From IMG/VR virus record IMGVR_UViG_3300021431_000084: a stretch of 64,000 nt of DNA; one strand, written 5' to 3'. Position 1 is the stretch's first letter; every line of letters begins with the position of its first letter. The notes under the pieces were generated by a model. The model was not told the origin of the DNA, made no database searches, and worked only from the letters and a program-made list of their open reading frames with translations. Of this stretch, positions 59,364-64,000 are shown in pieces. The DNA comes from a virus. Its lineage: Duplodnaviria > Caudoviricetes. The translations under genes and the position numbers were made by a program.

Positions 59364-60281
59364 TTAGAAATTAAATCCGCCTGCTGCAGCGGGAGCAGCA
59401 GTTGCACCCTTAGCTGCCTTTCTTTCCTCATATCCAGCCTTGATAGTTGCGAGATATGTCTCTCTGTCTGCAAGAGCCTTAGTCAACTCAGCAGCAGTGA
59501 TTGTACTCTCATCGTCCCAAGCATAGATGTCCTTCTGTGCATTGTAGATGATCCATTTCTTTGTCTCTCTTGTTGTTTCAGTTACGATGTCATCACCGAA
59601 AGCTGACTCCTCAACCTTCTGCTTTGTAACTGTCTGTGAGAGAACACGAACATATACCTTAGTGAAGACAGGGTTCTTTGAAGATGCATCAAGACCCTCG
59701 AAGTAAGAGATAGCATTAGGATTCTCTACCTCAAATTCAACAGGAAGGAAGTCCTTTCTGTAAGGTCCAAATACTGCACCCTTAACAAAAGTTCTTGCGG
59801 GATAGTTCTCAGTTGCATCAAGAGTTCTCATACCAGAGATAACCATATCTGCTTCAATATAGTTTCTCTTATTAACATCCTTATCAATATCAGTTACGGC
59901 ATGAACAAACTTACCCTCAATTCTCTTTGCACTAACAAGTTCTGTCTGACCATCACGCTCTGTATAGAAGTCATTTACTCCAACTTCACCATCAATCTTA
60001 ACCATTGTGTTTCCGCCACCCAACTGAGTAGGAAGAACACCATCAATAATCTTTTTGAGAACTGTATAAGTTGCGTTCTCCTTGCCAGCCTTAGTTGTAG
60101 CTGTCAAATATGTAAAATGAACAGGTACAATGTTATTTGTATCAGGATCAGTCAATACTCTGAGTTCACCTGTAATGTACTCTGTTCCGGGATTCTTTGA
60201 ATTCTCACCTGTTACCTTAGCCTGAAGCTTGTGCTCGTATACAATTCCTTCTACATGGGACTTATTTACAATTGCCTTCAT
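59364..60281 (-). CDS. putative ssDNA-binding protein
   Basis: beta-rich, high-expression codons, flexible tail ending in F, next to the Sak4-like gene. Confidence 0.6.
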   Translation of the reverse strand: MKAIVNKSHVEGIVYEHKLQAKVTGENSKNPGTEYITGELRVLTDPDTNNIVPVHFTYLTATTKAGKENATYTVLKKIIDGVLPTQLGGGNTMVKIDGEVGVNDFYTERDGQTELVSAKRIEGKFVHAVTDIDKDVNKRNYIEADMVISGMRTLDATENYPARTFVKGAVFGPYRKDFLPVEFEVENPNAISYFEGLDASSKNPVFTKVYVRVLSQTVTKQKVEESAFGDDIVTETTRETKKWIIYNAQKDIYAWDDESTITAAELTKALADRETYLATIKAGYEERKAAKGATAAPAAAGGFNF

Positions 60282-60311
60282 AAATTTTCTCCTTTTTTAT
60301 TATTTATTTTA

Positions 60312-60980
60312 TTATAACATATTATTTTTATATTTCCAAATATAACCGCCAGCGGTTTTGCCTTTTCCATTACATACATTACAAATAGTTGCTTTTGCAA
60401 TTCCTGTTATTTTTGAAGCTTCAGCTATTGAATTATATTCTTCAATTATTTCTTTTGTTTCTTTATCTAATTGTATAACCGTAAAATCAGTACGTTTTAT
60501 TATTGGAAGTATTTTTTTTGTATCATCAGCATATTTCCATTGATATGTACCTGATTGTTGAATTATTCCACGACAACATTTACATATCTGTGTATGGGAA
60601 ATTCCAGTGATTTGACTAGCTTGTGAAGCACTTGGATATTCTTTTATAAATTTTCCTTGTAAATCAAATTGAAGAACCTTTTTTCCCTTAGCATAACCAG
60701 CACCATTAGTACCTCCCTCTATCATGTTATATCCATTAGGTACCAAAGACTGATAAAAATTTATCCAATAAATTTCTTTTTCGTCTAATTCTTCTACTGA
60801 ACATTCTTCTAAAATTTGAAAAGTAAAATTTTGGATTCCGTATTTCTTAAATGCTTGATGTATAGCAAAATCATCTTTTGCAAACAAATGGTCGTGCCAT
60901 CTTTTTTCAATATATAAACTTTGTCCAATATAGATTTTATGATTTATTAGATTTTCTATTTTATAGATACCTGTAATCAA
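60312..60980 (-). mobile_element. GIY-YIG homing endonuclease with two NUMOD1-like repeats
   Basis: GIYKIEN...YIGQS; VLQFD...S.S.AS...I.KCC...GTYQWKY twice; AT-rich. Confidence 0.85.
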
Positions 60981-61049
60981 TTTTCATCAACTCCTTTCAA
61001 TATTATATGAATTTTGTTAATGAAAATTTAATTAACTCTGTCCATAAAA

Positions 61050-61391
61050 TTAGTCAATTTTAATATTTTTACCTTTTTCGGTGATACAATAAATAATAGG
61101 GTCTTCCCCAATCTTTTCAACAAAACCATCAGTTACCAGTTTACGCATGGCTCCAGACACGGATCTTGATGAAATAAACATTGCTTCTGCAATGTCCTTT
61201 GCCTTTCCCTTCTCCATTGTGGTTTGCATAAAGTTAAGAATAAGCTTACCATTATCAGAGAGGAGTGGCTTTTCCTTTTCCTCCTTGTTCTTTAAAGCGT
61301 ACCAATAATCAGCAACATCAGCATCTAATTCTCCACACTTTGACATTAAATTCTGTTCTACAAATTCAATAAATTTTTCCTTTTTTGACAT
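61050..61391 (-). CDS. winged-helix DNA-binding protein
   Basis: AKDIAEAMFISSRSVSGAMRKLVTDGFVEK. Confidence 0.8.
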   Translation of the reverse strand: MSKKEKFIEFVEQNLMSKCGELDADVADYWYALKNKEEKEKPLLSDNGKLILNFMQTTMEKGKAKDIAEAMFISSRSVSGAMRKLVTDGFVEKIGEDPIIYCITEKGKNIKID

Positions 61392-61459
61392 TTGTTAATT
61401 TCTCACTTTCTTAATTTGCTTATACTATAATTATAACATATTTTTTTAATTTTCACAAA

Positions 61460-62128
61460 TTAACCATTTTTGTCCGCTTTGCAGGAATGAGTTTCTGGAC
61501 AAGAGCCTAAATAAACACATTTTGGAACCATATAATTTTTAACTATATAATCCCATTCCTCTGAATACTCAGATAATGCCTTCATTATATCTCTCATTAA
61601 ATCTCTGAATTCCCAATAGGCTCTGTTACAAAGTCTTTGATGGGACATATCAATAAGATTACGCATATTAGTTCTACAAATAATTCTTGTTTTCATACCA
61701 AGAGGTAGAATATTAGCAATATCTTCCTTGGGAATACCAAGGTTAATTAGTTGCTCATAACAACCAAGAATTTCTCCCATTGTTTTTTCATATCTCCATT
61801 TTGCGTAAGCATTATCTGCAATAGAAGGAGGAGTTACAAAACCAAAGTTATCATAGTCAATATACCTAGTTGAAGCTTGAAGTCGAGTTGGTCCACCGGC
61901 AATATGAGTGTAAAACTCTCTAATTACCCTTGCGGAATAGCCATCGAGCGTCAAATATACCTGTGGGAGTTCAAATGTGCGGCCATGCCCACTTTTGATA
62001 TTCTCCAAACCTCTTTTGTAATTCTTTTCCTCGTTTGTTACATCTGAACCATAACAAACCCCACTTTCATATCCAATCAATGAAATAGGGTTCTTTGTAG
62101 TGTGATTTTGAATTGTAACTTTTCCCAT
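61460..62128 (-). CDS. thyX: flavin-dependent thymidylate synthase
   Basis: GHGRTFE, SARV..E, QASTRY, ILPLG, NMRNL, RLCNRA.WE.R. Confidence 0.85.
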   Translation of the reverse strand: MGKVTIQNHTTKNPISLIGYESGVCYGSDVTNEEKNYKRGLENIKSGHGRTFELPQVYLTLDGYSARVIREFYTHIAGGPTRLQASTRYIDYDNFGFVTPPSIADNAYAKWRYEKTMGEILGCYEQLINLGIPKEDIANILPLGMKTRIICRTNMRNLIDMSHQRLCNRAYWEFRDLMRDIMKALSEYSEEWDYIVKNYMVPKCVYLGSCPETHSCKADKNG

Positions 62129-62129
62129 C

Positions 62130-63080
62130 TTATCCTCGTTTCATATTGTAACCAAATTCCATACCTTGATAGAAAGTAATCCAATACTTTTCTTTCTCAT
62201 TGAGTTCTGCTCTTGAGCATTCTTCTATAATTTCAAAAGTAAAATTATCTACACCTTCTTTAAGCATGGCGGGGTATAATTTATTTTGTGTTGGAGTTTC
62301 AGCACCCATACCTCGCTTGATATGTTGTTTCCAACGGTCAGCGATATTAACTGCTTGTCCAACATAGGTTTTACCAGAAGTGATATTAGTAATTTTATAA
62401 ATTCCAGTTTTAATAGAACTGCCCACAACTCTACCAATTAAATCAGTATATGGTTTCTCGTAATAAGTTTTCCATATAACTTTATTAAGAGGTTCGGGAT
62501 TACGGAAATGACTTAATAACTCCTGTAATTCTTTTATCTCTTTCTTATCTTCGTCAGATAAAACTATACGATAAAAGTCTGCTTTATCTTTTTCTGCGGC
62601 GGCTCGCTTATTAACTTCAACCGCTGCATCTACTGCGGCCTTGGTGACACGGATCTTCTCCAGCAAGCCCGCAAGTTCTATATTCTTTTCTTCTATCTGC
62701 TTTTGGAAGTCTACTGTGTACTCCTCAAGAGTTGCCAAGTATTCTTCTTTTCCTTCTTCCTCGGCTTTTGAATATAGGTTTTCTAATTCCTTAACCTTAG
62801 CATCAAACTGAGCATTAGCAGTTTCTACTTTACTATCTAAATACTTTTGAGCATAATCATCAGCATTATTTTGTTTTTGTTGTAAAGTATCTGTTAAGTC
62901 AATCAACTTTTGGTTCAATTCATCAACATCTTTTTTTCGTTGATTATAGAGAGCTAATTCCGTGCGGTTTTGCTGTTCTATTTGTTTATCAAGTTGTTTT
63001 GTTTGTTTGAGTTTCGGAAGGAAGAATATGGCACACAGAATAATTCCAATAACAAGTCCTAAAATTATTCCTATCCACAT
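62130..63080 (-). CDS. TM + coiled coil + C-terminal GIY-YIG nuclease
   Basis: N-terminal TM helix; GIYKITN...YVGQA...RW..H...E..WI...GYN. Confidence 0.8.
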   Translation of the reverse strand: MWIGIILGLVIGIILCAIFFLPKLKQTKQLDKQIEQQNRTELALYNQRKKDVDELNQKLIDLTDTLQQKQNNADDYAQKYLDSKVETANAQFDAKVKELENLYSKAEEEGKEEYLATLEEYTVDFQKQIEEKNIELAGLLEKIRVTKAAVDAAVEVNKRAAAEKDKADFYRIVLSDEDKKEIKELQELLSHFRNPEPLNKVIWKTYYEKPYTDLIGRVVGSSIKTGIYKITNITSGKTYVGQAVNIADRWKQHIKRGMGAETPTQNKLYPAMLKEGVDNFTFEIIEECSRAELNEKEKYWITFYQGMEFGYNMKRG

Positions 63081-63083
63081 AAT

Positions 63084-63113
63084 AAAAGAGGGGGTGAAGT
63101 GTCCCCCACCCCC
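63084..63113 (-). terminator. intrinsic terminator
   Basis: GGGGGTG...CACCCCC followed by TCTTTT. Confidence 0.7.
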
Positions 63114-63136
63114 TATCTCCTATATCTTAGTTCTGA

Positions 63137-63412
63137 TTACTCCTCAGTCTTGTCGGGATCGAAAGCCAAGCCCTCTTCAGTAAGAGAGAGGAACTTAACC
63201 TCAGAAGTAGAGCCATCCTCATTCTGGATAGTAGCAGGTGTACGAACACCATAACCCTTTCTCTGGATAGCAGAAGTGAAAGCACCATCAACAGTCTTCT
63301 TAGGGAGACCGAGTGTCTCAGCTACATCTGCTGCAGTAACCTGTGTACCATTGATTTCCTTGAGGTAGTTAAAAATCTTCTTTGAGTTCTCTGACATTGC
63401 CATAATTTTCAT
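63137..63412 (-). CDS. small winged-helix DNA-binding protein, probably abundant
   Basis: TAADVAETLGLPKKTVDG...LTEEG; capsid-like codon bias; own promoter (63463-63491) and terminator. Confidence 0.75.
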   Translation of the reverse strand: MKIMAMSENSKKIFNYLKEINGTQVTAADVAETLGLPKKTVDGAFTSAIQRKGYGVRTPATIQNEDGSTSEVKFLSLTEEGLAFDPDKTEE

Positions 63413-63480
63413 TTCTCCTTTAAATAAATTTAATTTTCTTAAGCCTTAATGCTTATGTAAATATTATATCAAAAAATTTT

Positions 63481-63690
63481 TTATAAACCAAGTTTTTCTT
63501 TTTTATTCTGTACGAACACCACAGCCAATTCCTGTATGTCGTCCAGATCTTTAAATGAGTCAATCTTATTGGATAAGTTTATAACCGTATCCTTTGCTTG
63601 TCTCACCTCTTCGGAATTAGAACTGGTCATAATGATGATTTCGGCATCTGCGATTTGAGTAGCCATTCTAATCTTCTCTTTTTTAGTCAT
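63481..63690 (-). CDS. hypothetical protein
   Basis: promoter at 63725-63753; SD AAGGA. Confidence 0.65.
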   Translation of the reverse strand: MTKKEKIRMATQIADAEIIIMTSSNSEEVRQAKDTVINLSNKIDSFKDLDDIQELAVVFVQNKKEKLGL

Positions 63691-63744
63691 AAAAAGTTTC
63701 TTTCCTTATAATATTTATAAGATAATTATAACACTTTTTTATTT

Positions 63745-64000
63745 TTATCCCAAAAATTTGTTGATGAATTCTTCTTCTGTGAGAACAGGTATTCCCAACT
63801 TCTGAGCCGTTACATTCTTGGACGAAGTGGAAGTGTTATCGTTATTAATCAAGTAGTTAGTTTTTGCACTAACTGATGAAACCACTTTGCCCCCAGCTGC
63901 TTCGATCTCGGTCTGCAAGGCCGCACGATTCTTATAATGTACTAATTTACCAGTAATACATACACTTACTCCAGCAAGAGAATCGCTCGCACTCTCCTTT
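63745..64000 (-). CDS. ligA: C-terminal BRCT domain, probably of an NAD-dependent DNA ligase (partial)
   Basis: VCITGKL...R...IEAAGGKVVSSVSAKTNYLI...K...AQKLGIPVLTEEEF. Confidence 0.8.
   Translation of the reverse strand, partial: KESASDSLAGVSVCITGKLVHYKNRAALQTEIEAAGGKVVSSVSAKTNYLINNDNTSTSSKNVTAQKLGIPVLTEEEFINKFLG

Noticed and set aside
3108-63183. Many 60-180 aa ORFs antisense or out of frame within long genes
   Set aside because: Shadow ORFs of biased coding sequence; no SD or recognisable motifs
1-64000. Stop-codon reassignment, DGR, tRNA genes, integrase/att
   Set aside because: Genes are intact in code 11 with TAA, TAG and TGA all used as stops; no reverse transcriptase, cloverleaf or recombinase recognised by eye

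Overview
A 64 kb segment of a large, AT-rich (about one third G+C by eye) tailed dsDNA phage, genetic code 11. The host is probably an anaerobic low-GC Firmicute (class III RNR, sigmaA-type promoters, strong SD sites). Layout: 1-1000 is the end of a leftward early region; 1000-1680 is a structured non-coding divergence point. 1682-36545 (+) is a siphovirus morphogenesis arm with SPbeta-like gene order: regulator, terminases, portal, protease/scaffold, capsid, neck, tail tube, a ~3085-aa tape measure, tail tip and holin. 36631-64000 (-) is a replication and nucleotide-metabolism arm: RuvC, dUTPase, NrdD, Gmk, DnaE, RecD-like helicase, RecJ, primase, DnaB, AAA ATPase, SSB, ThyX and the end of a ligase, plus several endonucleases. 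Main signals not explained by the genes: (1) a window-wide, strongly over-represented TGCGG(C) motif that often has a polar GC-rich tract on its 3' side, even inside coding sequence; (2) a recurring GGNCA-N25-TTTTCATA element, a candidate phage-specific promoter, with a sigma-like gene as candidate reader; (3) repeated operator/promoter/hairpin cassettes and small-RNA candidates at the left end; (4) an AT-rich PD-(D/E)xK-like gene in the tail operon next to a gene with its own host-type promoter. No tRNA, CRISPR array, integrase, intein or intron was recognised. All calls are from motif recognition by eye; no searches were run.
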